A DNA stretch of 64,000 bases, from positions 28,715-92,714 of the forward strand of contig CAVUAG010000009.1 in the NCBI GenBank assembly GCA_963739365.1. Direction: 5' to 3'. Origin of the DNA: an uncultured Chloroflexia bacterium (GTDB lineage Bacteria; Chloroflexota; Limnocylindria; Limnocylindrales; CSP1-4). The translations under genes and the position numbers were made by a program. A model generated the notes under the pieces. That model did not search any database. It saw nothing but the letters and a program-made list of their open reading frames with translations, and was not told the origin of the DNA. Positions 9,896 to 21,475 of the stretch are shown one piece after another (positions within the stretch are counted from its first letter, which is position 1; every line of letters starts with the position of its first letter).

Positions 9896-10624
9896 CTACT
9901 CGCAGACGAGCGGCTTCGCGATCGGGTTCGCGGCCGTCGGGTCGGCCGGCCCGGCGCTCAACGGTCGAGCCACGACCATCATCACCAGGCCGGTGTAGCC
10001 GGGCACGCCCTTCCGGGGCCCTTCCGACGTCTGGAGGACCAGCTGCTCCGCTGGTTGCCGCGAACGCGAAGTCGAGGCTGTCCTGGTTGCGCATGACCCG
10101 GGTGATCTCGTAGAGGAACAGCTGGTTGTCGCTCGTGTACACCTGGACGAGCATCCCCACCATCTTCGCGTCCGCGGTCCTGAGCAGGGGCAGGAACATC
10201 CCCTCGCGGGCATGGGCGAAGAGGTAGGTCGTGCCCGGGGAGCCCGGCTGCTTGAGCTGAGGAAGGTACTCGGCGACGTTGCAGTACGGGAAATGGTCTC
10301 GGATCGCCGGGGGGCCGCACGACGGGGAGGTCGATTTGCAGGGCCGGGACCACGACCCGGCTTGCGACGCGGGTCGCCCCTCGGGTCTGGCGAGGGCACC
10401 GCGGATGCGGACGGGGCTCCGGTGGGGATCGGCGGGAGGCTCGGTCGGGGCGTCTGGGCGGCGGAGCCCGGGGGCTCGGCAGATGGGACCACCGACGGGG
10501 CGAGCGCCACGGCCTGCGGGGGATCCTGGTAGCTGAGCAGCCCGACCATCAGCAGCACGACACCGGCCGCCGTCACGAGGGCGGGCAGCAGGCGGCGGGC
10601 GATCCAGTCGAGGAGCGAGCGCAT
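9896..10624 (-). CDS. Membrane-anchored sortase-like protein (frameshifted in this assembly)
   Basis: Stitched from three frames: N-terminal TM, Pro-rich linker, ATRVVVPALQIDLPVV, PGSPGTTYLFAHAR, FLYEITRV, LVLQTSEGP, matching the sortase fold order. Confidence 0.6.
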   Translation of the reverse strand: MRSLLDWIARRLLPALVTAAGVVLLMVGLLSYQDPPQAVALAPSVVPSAEPPGSAAQTPRPSLPPIPTGAPSASAVPSPDPRGDPRRKPGRGPGPANRPPRRAAPRRSETISRTATSPSTFLSSSSRAPRARPTSSPMPARGCSCPCSGPRTRRWWGCSSRCTRATTSCSSTRSPGSCATRTASTSRSRQPAEQLVLQTSEGPRKGVPGYTGLVMMVVARPLSAGPADPTAANPIAKPLVCE

Positions 10625-10837
10625 CAGTGAAGGCATCCTAGCAAGGAGATCGGGTGAGGCCACCCGGCGGTTTGTCCGGTGCTGGGACGCAGGAGGTCCC
10701 GGACCTGTTGCGCGGCCGGAGCGCCGCCGGTGACGCGCCGCACATTCGGGGGCGGGCGTCCCCGGCCGTGCCCCGCGCGGAGCGCCGGCCTGACCGGCGC
10801 GCGCAGCGCCGCCGCGAGTCGGCTACGCTCCCCGCCG

Positions 10838-11506
10838 ATGCGCTCCTTCGTCGCGATCGCGCTCGGGCTGATCGTCGGCGCCGCGGCCGCCCTCGGGCTG
10901 GCCGTCGTCGTCTACTCGATCGTGCCGCGCACCCCCGCGCCAACGCCGGCTCCCTCGTCGACGCCCGTCGTCCGTGCTGCCCTCGTCGACGCCCGTCGCT
11001 CGCGCCGCTGCCGCCGACGCCCTCCCGCCACGCCCGGGTCGAGCGCGAGTCGCAGCCCGTCTCCCTTCCCGCTTGTCGGGAAGCCGGCCCCGCCCCTCGT
11101 CGCGCCCGGCCTGGACGGCTCCACGATCGACCTCGCCGCCTACCGTGGGCAGCCGGTCTGGATCGTCTTCACCGCCACCTACTGCCCTCCCTGTCGCGAC
11201 GAGTACCCACTCATGAACGGCTACGCCGTCCGCTACGCCGAGACGGGCCTGGTCGTCCTCGCCATCCACGTGAAGGAGGACGCGGCGACCGTCAAGCCGT
11301 TCGTGGACGAGCTGAACGTGACCTTCCCGGTCGCGCTGGACGAGGACGGGAGTCGCGCGGCGGCCTGGGACGCGCTCGCCCTGCCGGTCCACTACTGGAT
11401 CGACGAGGCGGGCATCGTGCAGGAAGCGGCGCTCGGCGGGCTCGGACCGGACCAGATGGCTGCGGGCCTGTCGACGATCCTGCCCGGCGTCACGATCGGC
11501 GAGTAG
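10838..11506 (+). CDS. TlpA/ResA-like membrane-anchored thiol-disulfide oxidoreductase
   Basis: N-terminal TM, GKPAP..LDG..IDL..YRGQPV, FTATYCPPCRDE (CxxC), LPVHYWID. Confidence 0.9.
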   Translation: MRSFVAIALGLIVGAAAALGLAVVVYSIVPRTPAPTPAPSSTPVVRAALVDARRSRRCRRRPPATPGSSASRSPSPFPLVGKPAPPLVAPGLDGSTIDLAAYRGQPVWIVFTATYCPPCRDEYPLMNGYAVRYAETGLVVLAIHVKEDAATVKPFVDELNVTFPVALDEDGSRAAAWDALALPVHYWIDEAGIVQEAALGGLGPDQMAAGLSTILPGVTIGE

Positions 11507-11520
11507 GCGCCCGCGCCCGG

Positions 11521-12995
11521 CTACGGCAGCGCCGCACCCACCGCCGCGGCGGCCGAGCCGACGGCCTCGAGGAGCGGGCCCGGGAAGAGGCCCAGGAGGA
11601 TCGTGCCCACGCCGGTGATCGTCAGCCCCACGCGAAGCAGCATCCCGTGGGCGACGGGCGTCGCGTCGCCCTGCGGCTCGCGCATGTACATGTAGACGAT
11701 GACGCGCAGGTAGTAGAAGGCGGCCGCCGCGGCGTTGAGGACCGCGATCACCGCGAGCAGGGTCAGCCAGCCGCCGCCCTGGACCGCCGCCAGGATCACG
11801 TACGCCTTGCCGAAGAAGCCGGCCGTCGGCGGGATCCCCGTCAGGGAGAGCAGGAAGAGGACCATCAGGACCCCGAGGATCGGCTCGCGGCGGCCCAGGC
11901 CGGCGAACGTCTCGAGCCGGCTCGTCACGCCGGGCCGCTTCTGAAGTGCCGAGATGACGGCAAAGGCACCGAGGTTCATGAACGTGTAGGCGGCGGCGTA
12001 GAACAGGAGCCCTTCGAGGCCCTCGATCTGGCCCGCGGCGTACGCCGTGAGGCCCACCATCATGTAGCCGGTGTGGGCGATCGAGGAGTACGCGAGCATT
12101 CGCTTCACGTTGTCCTGGGTGAGCGCGACGAGGTTGCCCAGGGTCATCGTGAAGGCCGCCAGGACGAAGAAGACGATGGCCCACTCGTCCTGCAGCGGGC
12201 CGAGCGCCTCGGCGAAGACCCGCAGGATCACCGCGAAGGCGCCGATCTTCGGCAGCACCGAGAGATAGCCCGTGATCGGCGTCGGCGAGCCCTGGTAGGC
12301 GTCGGGCGTCCAGTAGTGGAACGGGACGGCCGCGATCTTGAAGGCGACGCCGGTGGTCAGGAAGGCGAGGCCCAGGGCCAGGCCCGGCGAGAGGGCAGCC
12401 TGGCCCTCGACGATGGCCTCCAGCGCGGCTGCCACGTCGCCGACCCGGGTGGAGCCGGTGAGCCCCCAGACGAAGGCCAGCCCGAAGAGGAAGATCGCGC
12501 TCGAGAACGACCCGAGGAGGAAGTACTTGATCGCGCCCTCCGTGGAGAGCGCGTCGCGCTTGTGGTAGCCGGCCAGCATGTAGCCGGGGATCACCATCAG
12601 CTCGAGGCCCAGGAAGAGCACCAGGAGATCGGCTGACGCCGCGATGAGCATCGCTCCCGAGAGCGCGAAGACCAGGATGGCGGCGAACTCCGGCACGGGC
12701 AGCCCGCGCGCCGCGAGATACTCCGGCCCGAAGAGGATCGTGAGGGCCACGATCGCCACGAAGACGAGGTCGAGGAACGTCGTCAGGTCGTCCACGCGGT
12801 AGGAGCCGCCGAAGGCGCTTCCGGGCGTCGCCCCGGCCCAGACGACGAGGGCTGCGACGACCGCCAGGCCCACCAGGCTCACCCCGATGGCGGCCCGGCA
12901 TTCGCCGGGGGCGACGATGTCGGCCACGATGATGGCGCGGCGAGCAGGACGACCGCGACGAGCGGCGCGATGACGGCGAGGTCGGCAGTGGACAT
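11521..12995 (-). CDS. nuoN: NADH-quinone oxidoreductase subunit N (frameshift near 5' end)
   Basis: EGAIKYFLLG, FKIAAVPFHYWTPDAYQGSPTP, KRMLAYSSIAH, LSLTGIPPTAGFFGK. Confidence 0.95.
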
Positions 12996-13009
12996 CGGCG
13001 GGGCTCCCG

Positions 13010-14555
13010 TCAGTTCCCGAGCGCCGTCGCGAGCGACGGGTCGACGGCGGCGAGCACGGCCTTCACGGAGCCGGCGATGAGATCGAGCACCAGGCCGGGG
13101 AAGAGGCCGAAGATCACCGTGAGCGCGCCGAGCGGTGCCAGGGTCAGGATCTCCACCGGCCGCATGTCGGTGAGGTGGTGCCCGAGCCCCTTGAGGAAGT
13201 CCGAGAGCGGCCCGAAGAGGACCCGCTGCTGCATCCAGAGGAGGTAGGCGGCGGCGAGGATCATCACGAAGGTGATCACGACTGCCGTCCACGGGCTGAA
13301 CGCGAACGTGCCCTGGAAGACGAGGAACTCCCCGACGAAGCCGGCCAGGCCGGGCAGGCCCACCGAGGCGAAGACGAAGAAGCCGAGCGCCGCCGAGAAG
13401 ACCGGGACCGGAGCGCCGAGGCCGCCCATCTTCGCGATCGTCCGGTCGTGCGTCCGCTCGTAGATGACGCCGACGAGGATGAAGAGGGCGCCGGTGATCA
13501 GGCCGTGGTTGACCATCTGGAGGATCGCGCCCTGCATCCCCTGCTCCTGGAAGACGAAGATCCCCAGGGTCACGAAGCCCATGTGGCTGACCGAGCTGTA
13601 GGCCACCAGCTTCTTGAGGTCGGGCTGGACGAGGGCCACGATCGCGCCGTAGATGATGGCGATGACCGAGAGCACGATGATCAGGGGGGCGAAGGCCTGC
13701 GCCCCCTCGGGGAAGATCGGCAGGGCGAAGCGGATGAACCCGTAGGCGCCCAGCTTGAGGAGGACGCCGGCCAGGATCACCGATCCCGCCGTGGGTGCCT
13801 CCACGTGGGCATCGGGCAGCCAGGTGTGGAACGGGAACATCGGGACCTTGATCGCGAACGCGAGCGCGAAGGCGGCGAACGCGAACAGCTGGAAGGTGCG
13901 GTCGAAGCCGTGGCCGGCCAGGTTCTGCAGGTCGAACGCCCCGTCCCAGCTCCCGGTCGCTGCCTGGTAGGTGAACGCCGTGGCCAGGATCGCCACGAGC
14001 ATCAGGAGCGAGCCCACCAGGGTGTAGAGGACGAACTTGATCGTGGCGTAGATCCGGTTGGCCCCGCCCCAGATCCCGATGATCAGGTACATCGGGACGA
14101 GCACGACCTCCCAGAAGATGTAGAAGAGGAAGAGGTCGAGCGACACGAAGACGCCCAGCATCCCGACCTCGAGGATCAGGAAGGCGATCATGTACTCCTT
14201 CACCCGCTCCTTGATCGGGGAGAAGCTGGCCAGGATGGAGATCCAGGTGAGGGTCGTGGTGAGGACGACCATCGCCACCGAGAGCCCGTCCACGCCGAGC
14301 TTGTACTGGATCCCGAAGATGGGGATCCAGTCGAGCTGCTCCACGTACTGGAAGGCCAGCCCGGGGCCCGTCTCGCGGCCCGGCAGGTAGCCCAGGAGGA
14401 GCCACAGGCTGACGACCCACGCTGGCCAGCGAGAAGACGAGCGCCGCGCCCCGGATCGCGCCCACGTTGCGGCGCGGGATGAGCGCCACGACGAGCGCGC
14501 CGACCAGCGGCAGGAAGGTGATGACGCTCAGGATCGGGAAGTCGCCGATGTTCAT
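13010..14555 (-). CDS. nuoM: NADH-quinone oxidoreductase subunit M (frameshift near 14410)
   Basis: [48 protein letters not shown]; N-terminus [17 protein letters not shown] is in another frame. Confidence 0.95.
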
Positions 14556-14566
14556 CGTCGTCCTCC

Positions 14567-16586
14567 CTACCTGGCCGCGATCGACGAGGTACGCGCCGGC
14601 CATGACGATCAGCCCGATCGCGATGCCCAGCGCGTAGTTCTGGACACGCCCGGTCTGCACCCGGCGCAGGCCGCGACCGGCGTCGACCGTGAGGCTGCCC
14701 ACGCCGTTCACCGTGCCGTCGACGACCGTCCGATCGAACCACCAGATCGCCGCCGCGACGCGGCCGCCGATGACGATGAACAGCAGGTGGTTCAGGTCGT
14801 CGAACCACCACTTGTTGAGGCTGGCCCGGTAGAGGAAGCGGGTGGCGCCGTTGGCGTTCGTGATCGCCTGGACGCGCGCCGGGTTGCCGGCCCGGCGGAA
14901 GGCGCCGAAGAGCCAGATCCCGACGACGAGACCCACCGTGGCGATGGCGACGCTGACGAGGATGAGGACACCGTCGATGCCGAACAGCTCGTAGGCCGGC
15001 TTGTCCGGGTGGAGCATCTCCTCCGACTCGGCGAAGACCGGCTCGAGCCAGTGGATGATCCGCGAGTCCCCCAGCGGCGTGCCGAGGAAGATCCCCAGCA
15101 GCGCGGATGCGGATCGCCAGGAGGACCAGCGGCACGGTCATCGTCCAGGTCGACTCGTGGATCCGGTCCCAGATCCGGCGCACGTACTCCGACGGCTGCC
15201 CGTAGAACGTCTTGCCCATCAGGCGCCACATGTAGAAGGCGGTCATCCCGGCGACGACGAAGCCGATCGCCCAGACCCAGTAGAAGCCGAACTTGAAGCT
15301 CTCGGCGAGGATCTCGTCCTTGCTGAAGAAGCCGGCCAGCGGCGGGATCCCGGCGATCGCCAGGGTGCCGATGAGCATCGTCCAGTGGGTGACCGGGATC
15401 CTCCGGTGCAGGCCGCCCATGTTGTTCATGTCCTGCTCCTCGTGGACGGCGTGGATGACGCTGCCCGAGCCGAGGAAGAGGAGGCCCTTGAAGAAGCCGT
15501 GGGCCATCAGGTGGAAGATCGCGGCCACGAAGGCGCCCACGCCGAGCGCGGCGAACATGAGGCCCAGCTGGGAGAGGGTCGAGTAGGCCAGGACGCGCTT
15601 GATGTCGGTCTGGGTGAAGGCGATCGAGGCGGCCAGGATGGCGGTGAAGATGCCGATCGCCGCCACGATCGACCATCACACCCGGGGCCAGGGCGAAGAT
15701 CGGGTTGGCGCGGGCGACGAGGTAGACGCCGGCGTTGACCATCGTGGCGGCATGGATGAGGGCGGAGACCGGGGTCGGGCCCTCCATCGCGTCGGGCAGC
15801 CAGACGTGGAGCGGGAACTGGGCGCTCTTGCCCACCGCGCCGCAGAAGACGAGGAACGCGATCGCGGCGATCGTCGCCTCGTCGAGCTCGGCGATCAGCT
15901 CGAACGACTCGCGGATGTCGAGCGTCCCCGTGCTGACCCAGATCAGCATGATGCCCAGGGCGAACCCGACGTCGCCGACGCGGTTGACGATGAACGCCTT
16001 CTTGGCGGCGAGGGCGGCCGAGCGCTTCGGGTACCAGAACCCGATGAGGAGGTACGAGCACAGGCCCACCAGCTCCCAGGCCGCGAAGACGGTGAGCCAG
16101 CTGTCGCCCAGGACGAGCAGGAGCATGCTGAACATGAAGAGGTTGAGGTAGGCGAAGAAGCGCCAGCGGCCCGGGTCGTGGGCCATGTAGCCCACCGAGT
16201 AGAGGTGGACGAGCATGCCGATCGTCGTCACGACGATGAGGAGGCAGGCCGTCAGCTGGTCCACGTAGAGGCCCATCTCCACCTGGAAGGCCCCCGCCGG
16301 GATCCAGGTCCAGAGCGTGATCCCCGCCCCGTGCTCGCCGAAGCCGCCGGTGAGCGCCTCGTAGACGACCACCATCGCGATCGCCCAGGTGGCCACGATG
16401 AGGAGGAGCGGGACCAGGAAGGCGAAGCGCCCGATCCGCCGCCCGAAGAGCGCCGTGAAGACGAAGCCGGCAAGGGGCAGGACGAGCAGCAACGGCACGA
16501 GGTTGATCACCTCGCTCGACTGCCTCGGCTTCCTCGGAGGCGGCGGCCAGGAGCGGGGCGGCGTTCGGGAGAAGGGATTCGAACAC
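14567..16586 (-). CDS. nuoL: NADH-quinone oxidoreductase subunit L (several frameshifts)
   Basis: [70 protein letters not shown] spread across several frames. Confidence 0.93.
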
Positions 16587-16611
16587 GCGGGTCTCTCGGG
16601 CTCCTCGCGGG

Positions 16612-16923
16612 CTACTGGCGCATGGCGTCGTACTCGTCGACGAGCGGCGTCCGCCGGTTGCGGTAGATCGCCATGACGATGGCGAGGCCGACGGTCGCCT
16701 CGGCCGCGGCCACCGCCATCACCATGAGGGCGATCACCGAGGCGTCGACGTTGAGCTCCGGCACGAAGGCGCCGAAGGCGACGATGACGAGGTTGACGGC
16801 GTTGAGCATCAGCTCGATCGACATGAGCATGCTGATCGCGTTGCGCCGGGCCAGGAAGCCGAAGCTCCCCACGGCGAAGAGGATGCCGGCGAGGATGAGA
16901 TAGGCGTCGAGCGACTGGCTCAT
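16612..16923 (-). CDS. nuoK: NADH-quinone oxidoreductase subunit K
   Basis: [19 protein letters not shown] and [13 protein letters not shown]; ATGA overlap with nuoJ. Confidence 0.95.
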   Translation of the reverse strand: MSQSLDAYLILAGILFAVGSFGFLARRNAISMLMSIELMLNAVNLVIVAFGAFVPELNVDASVIALMVMAVAAAEATVGLAIVMAIYRNRRTPLVDEYDAMRQ

Positions 16924-17453
16924 GCGTCCCGGTCCTCCCGCTTCGCGAGGAAGACGCCGCCGATGACGGCCGCCAGCAGGAGCACGCTCACGACCTCGAA
17001 CGGCAGGATGTACTCGTTGAAGAGGAGGCGCGCCAGGGCGTCGGTGGCGGTCGCGAGCCGCGTGCTCACGTCGCCCCAGTCGGTGGACACGACCGACAGG
17101 GCCACGATGACCGCGATCACGACCGCTGCGACTGCCGCGGGGATCGCCTGGGTCTGGAAGACGAGGCGCGCGGGCGCGTTCTTGGCCTGGGTCAGCATGA
17201 CCGCGAAGAGGATGAGGACCGCGATCGCCCCGATGTAGACGAGGACCTGGGCCGCGGCCACGAGCGGCGCACCGAGCATGACGTAGATGCCGGCCAGGGC
17301 GCCGAACGCGACGACCATCGCGATCCCGCAACGGATGATGTCGCGCAGGGTGACGACCAGCAGGGCACTGCCGAGCAGGATGCCCGCGAGGACGACGAAG
17401 AGGACGTCGTTCCAGCTGATCCCCAGGAACGGCACCGTGTCCGGGATTGCCAC
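16920..17453 (-). CDS. nuoJ: NADH-quinone oxidoreductase subunit J
   Basis: [19 protein letters not shown] and [18 protein letters not shown]. Confidence 0.95.
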   Translation of the reverse strand: MAIPDTVPFLGISWNDVLFVVLAGILLGSALLVVTLRDIIRCGIAMVVAFGALAGIYVMLGAPLVAAAQVLVYIGAIAVLILFAVMLTQAKNAPARLVFQTQAIPAAVAAVVIAVIVALSVVSTDWGDVSTRLATATDALARLLFNEYILPFEVVSVLLLAAVIGGVFLAKREDRDA

Positions 17454-17465
17454 CTCTCGCCTCGC

Positions 17466-20100
17466 TCAGTCGGTGCCGTGGGATGACGGCGCGTGCGCGG
17501 TGTCGTGCGCCCCGCCGCCATGGCCATGGCCGTTGTGCCGGGAGCCGTTGCCGTTCCCGCCGCCCGCGATCGATGCCGGGAGGACGGGCAGCATCCTCGG
17601 CCCGATGTCACGCCCCGCGGCGAGCGCCCGCTCGGCCCAGTCGGGCTCGCGCCGGATGTAGGTCATCTCCGTCTCGCGGTCCACGGCGGCGATCGCGATG
17701 AGGTCGATCATCGGCTCTTCGCGGCTCGTGTGGGCCAGCTCGAAGTCCGGGCCGCAGCGGAGCGCGTCGTACGGGCAGACGTCCACGCAGATGCCGCACA
17801 GGATGCAGCGACTCTCGTCCACCTCGTACTTCTCGAGGATCCGCGGCTTGGGCATGAGGGCGCCCGTCGGGCATGTCTCGGCGCACCGGCCGCACGAGAC
17901 GCAGGGCGTGTCGTTGAGGCTCATGTCGAGCGGCGTCGTGACCAGCGTGTCGAAGCCGATCCGCATGAAGTCGTAGCACGCCGCTCCCACCACCTCCGCG
18001 CACACGTTGGCGCAGCGGCCACAGTCGATGCAGCGCGAAGGCTCGCGCAGGATGAAGGCGTGGCTGTCGTCGCGGAGGTAGTCGTGGTTGGTGCCGGTGA
18101 AGCGGTTCTCGGTGACGCTGCGATAGCCGGCCCCGCGGTTGTACTGCGGTTCCAGCGTGCGCAGGGTCGTCCCGTACTCGATGCCCAGGCGACGCAGGTC
18201 GCAGAACCCGATCGCCTCGCACGTGCACTGGAGGCAGCGCGTGCTCTCCGCGACCGCCGCCTCGCGGCTGTACGGGATCTCGTACTCGATGTACGAGTCG
18301 CGCCGTGCCTCGCCGGGCATGCTGGAGAGGCGGTGCCGGGATTCCTTGACCTCGGAGGTGAAGGGGACGATGGAGAGGAACTCCGGCTGCGGCTCGGCCA
18401 GCGTCTGGCGGGTCCGGATCGCGGCCAGGTCCAGGCCCTGCAGGAAGGCGTCCACGGCGTACGCGGCGCGCCGGCCGTCGGCGATCGCCTGGACGACCGT
18501 GGCGGCACCGGTGCGGACGTCGCCCGTCCCGAAGATGCCGGGCCGGCCCGTCTCGAAGGTGACCGGATCCACCTTGAGGCGCCACTGCTTCGTCTTCTCC
18601 AGCCCCGCGTTGCCGCCCCCGAGCCAGGTCAGGTCCGGCCCCTGGCCGATGGCGAGGAGGACGCGGTCGCACTCGATGACGAACTCGGTCCCGGCCGCCG
18701 GTTCGGGGCGCCGGCGGCCCGAGGCGTCGGGCGCGCCGAGCTGCATCCGGATGAACTCCACGCCGGAGACCTTGCCGGTCGCCTCGTCCACCAGGACGCG
18801 GGTCGGGCCGGCCTGGAAGATCATGGTGACGCCTTCCTCGATCGCCTCGTGGACCTCGCTGGACGCCGGCATGTCCTTCATGTCGCGGCGGTAGACGAGC
18901 GTCACCTCGTCGGCATGCTGGCGAACCGACGTGCGGACGCAGTCCATCGCGGTGAAGCCGCCACCGATGACCACGACGCGGGTCCCGGCGTGGCCCGGGT
19001 AGGTCAGGCCGAGCGTGGCGATCTTGAGGTAGGCGAGGCCGTCGATGACGCCGTCCGCATCCTCGTTCGGGATGCCCAGCGTGTTCGTGTCGTAGCAGCC
19101 GATGGCGACCACGACCGCGTCGAACCCCTGGTTCTGCAGGTCGTCGAGGCTGAAGTCCCGCCCCAGGGCCTGGCCGCACACGAAACGCCCGCCCAGGCGG
19201 GTGACGCTCTCGTACTCGGGCTCGAGGACGCGCTCCTTCGGCAGGCGGTACTCGGGGATGCCGTAGCGGAGCATGCCGCCGGGGGCCTCGTCCCGCTCGA
19301 AGATCGTGACGTCGTGACCCGCGATCAGGAGGTAGTAGGCAGCCGACGCGCCGGCGGGCCCGGAGCCGATCACGGCCACGCGCTTGCCCGTCTTCGGCTG
19401 CAGCTCGAAGGGGAGGGGCGGGTCGATGCCCTGCTCGCGCATCTCCTGCAGCACCTGGTCGCCGGCGTAGCGGTGGCTGTCGCGGATCGCGATCGCCTCG
19501 TCCACCTCGTCGCGGCGGCAGTGCTCCTCGCAGGGCGCCGGGCAGACGCGGCCCAGGATCGAGGGGAAGGGGATCGTCCGCTTGAAGATCCGGGCAGACT
19601 CGCGGAACTCGCCCTCCGCGTTCGCCTTCAGGAAGCCCGGGATGTCGATGTGGCTCGGGCACTTGTTCTGGCAGGGCGGAAGGCAGTACGCGTTGTGGTC
19701 GGAGAAGATCAGCTCCAGGTTCGTCCGCCGGATCCGCCGGATCTCCTCGGTCTGGGTCCGGACCACCATCCCGGCCTCGGCCTCGCGCGAGCAGGAGATC
19801 GGCGGGTGCTCCTCGCCCTCCACCTCGACGACGCACATCCGGCAGGCCCCGAAGCCGGGCAGCTTGGGCTCGTAGCAGAGGGTCGGGATCTCGATCCCGT
19901 TGTCGCGGCAGACCTCCAGGATCGTCTGGCCCTCGCGGCCCTCGACGAGCGCGTCCGTCGACCTCCAGCCGGATCGCGGGCGTCGACTGCGGCCGCTGCG
20001 GCGCCTGGGTCCGGAAGAGGCGCTCGGCGAGGCTTTCGACGGCCGGCTCGGGGCTGGTCGAGGGGACGATGTCGGCAGGGCGCGAGATCAGGTCGGCCAT
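17466..20100 (-). CDS. Multidomain Fe-S flavoprotein: NuoG/HydA-type [2Fe-2S] domain + GltD/NfnB-type FAD/NAD(P)H domain + 2x[4Fe-4S] + C-terminal half of NuoI (one frameshift near 19950)
   Basis: [17 protein letters not shown]; [11 protein letters not shown]; [12 protein letters not shown]; [10 protein letters not shown]; [14 protein letters not shown]; GTGD..GAATVV; RCLQCTC..C; CIDCGRC..C; CVSCGRC..CPTGAL; then [28 protein letters not shown]. Confidence 0.9.
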
Positions 20101-20114
20101 CGTGTGGTCGTCGC

Positions 20115-21471
20115 CTACCTTCCGGTGGCGGCGGCTGGCAGCGCGATCGGGCTGCAGACGCCGGCGGGGCAGACACCCCGGAGGATGTGGTCGTCGATCT
20201 CGGGACCGAAGTATCGCATCGCGGTCCGGAGTGGAGCGGACGCCAGCCGCTCGTGGTCGCACAGGGCGCTCGCCGCGCAGTCGTCGGCGAGGTCGGCGAG
20301 CAGCTTCGGATCGCCCGGACGGGCCGTGCCGTCGACGTAGCGCTGGCCGATCTCGGCGAGGCGGCGCAGGCCGATCCGGCAGGGGATCGTCTTGCCGCAG
20401 GCCTCGTCGGCGGCGTAGCGGACGAGCAGCCGGGCCAGGTCCACGACGCAGGCACGCTCGTCGGCGACCACGACGCCGCCCGACCCGACGTGGGCGCCGG
20501 TCGCCCGGAGCGCGTCGAACGAGTAGGGCGTGTCGAGCAGCTCTTCCGGCAGGAGGCCGCCGGTGGGGCCGCCCACCAGGACCGCCTTGAACGTGTGCCC
20601 GGCGGCCACGCCACCGGCCAGGTCCACGAGCTCGTGAAGCGTGGTCCCGGTCGGGACCTCGACGATCCCGGGGTTCGCGACCGCGCCCTGACACCCCCAC
20701 GAGGACGGTGCCCGGGGCGTCGGGGTCGCCGATGGCGCGGAACGCGTCGGCGCCGTTGGTGACGATCCAGGGCAGCGACGCGAGGGTGGCCACGTTGTGG
20801 ACGAGGGTGGGGTGGCCCCACAGGCCGCGCTCCGTGGGATACGGCGGGCGCTGCTCGGGCTGGCCTCGGCGCCCCTCGAGGGCGGCGATGAGGACCGTCT
20901 CCTCGCCCAGCATGTAGGCGCCCTGGACGGCACGGACCGTGACGGCCACGTCGCGGCCGGAGCGCAGGACGTCCGTGCCCAGGAACCCGGCCTCCTCGGC
21001 GGCGAAGACGGCTGCCTCCAGGGCCGCCACCGCGTCCGCGTACTCGGCCCGGACCGCGATGATCGCTTCGCGGGCGCCGACTGCGAGGGCCGCGATCGCG
21101 ATCCCCTCCACGACGGCAAAGGGGCGCGCCTCCATGAGGACCCGGTTCGTGGCCTGGGCCGGGTCGGCCTCGTACCCGTTGCCCACGACGTACCGGACCG
21201 GATCGGCGGCACCGGCGACGGCCCGCCACTTGGCCCCGGCCGGGTAGCCGGCCCCGCCCCGGCCGCGGAGGCCAGACGCGACGATCGTCATCAGGGTGCC
21301 GGTGGGCCCCAGGTCGCCGACCACGGAGCGCAGCGCGGCGAATGCGCCGCCCGCAATCGCGGCCGCGAGGTCCGGCGCGCGGCCGGGCGCGCCGTCGGGC
21401 GCGATCGTCGCCACGGCGTCGCCCAGGATCGGGCGGGGCTGGCCGGCGGGACTCGCGAGGATCGTCGTCAT
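20115..21471 (-). CDS. nuoF: NuoF/HydB-like flavoprotein, degenerate (frameshift near 20690)
   Basis: SGLRGRGGAGYP, GAYMLGEET, RPPYP, GGPTGG, GSGGVVV, CGKTIPCRIG, ALCDHE, HILRGVCPAGVC. Confidence 0.85.
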
Positions 21472-21475
21472 CGGC

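Noticed and set aside
20115-21471. Canonical electron-bifurcating HydABC/Bfu module
   Set aside because: The B-like subunit lacks the C-terminal 2[4Fe-4S] domain, and its FMN/N3 motifs and the partner [2Fe-2S] motif are degenerate.
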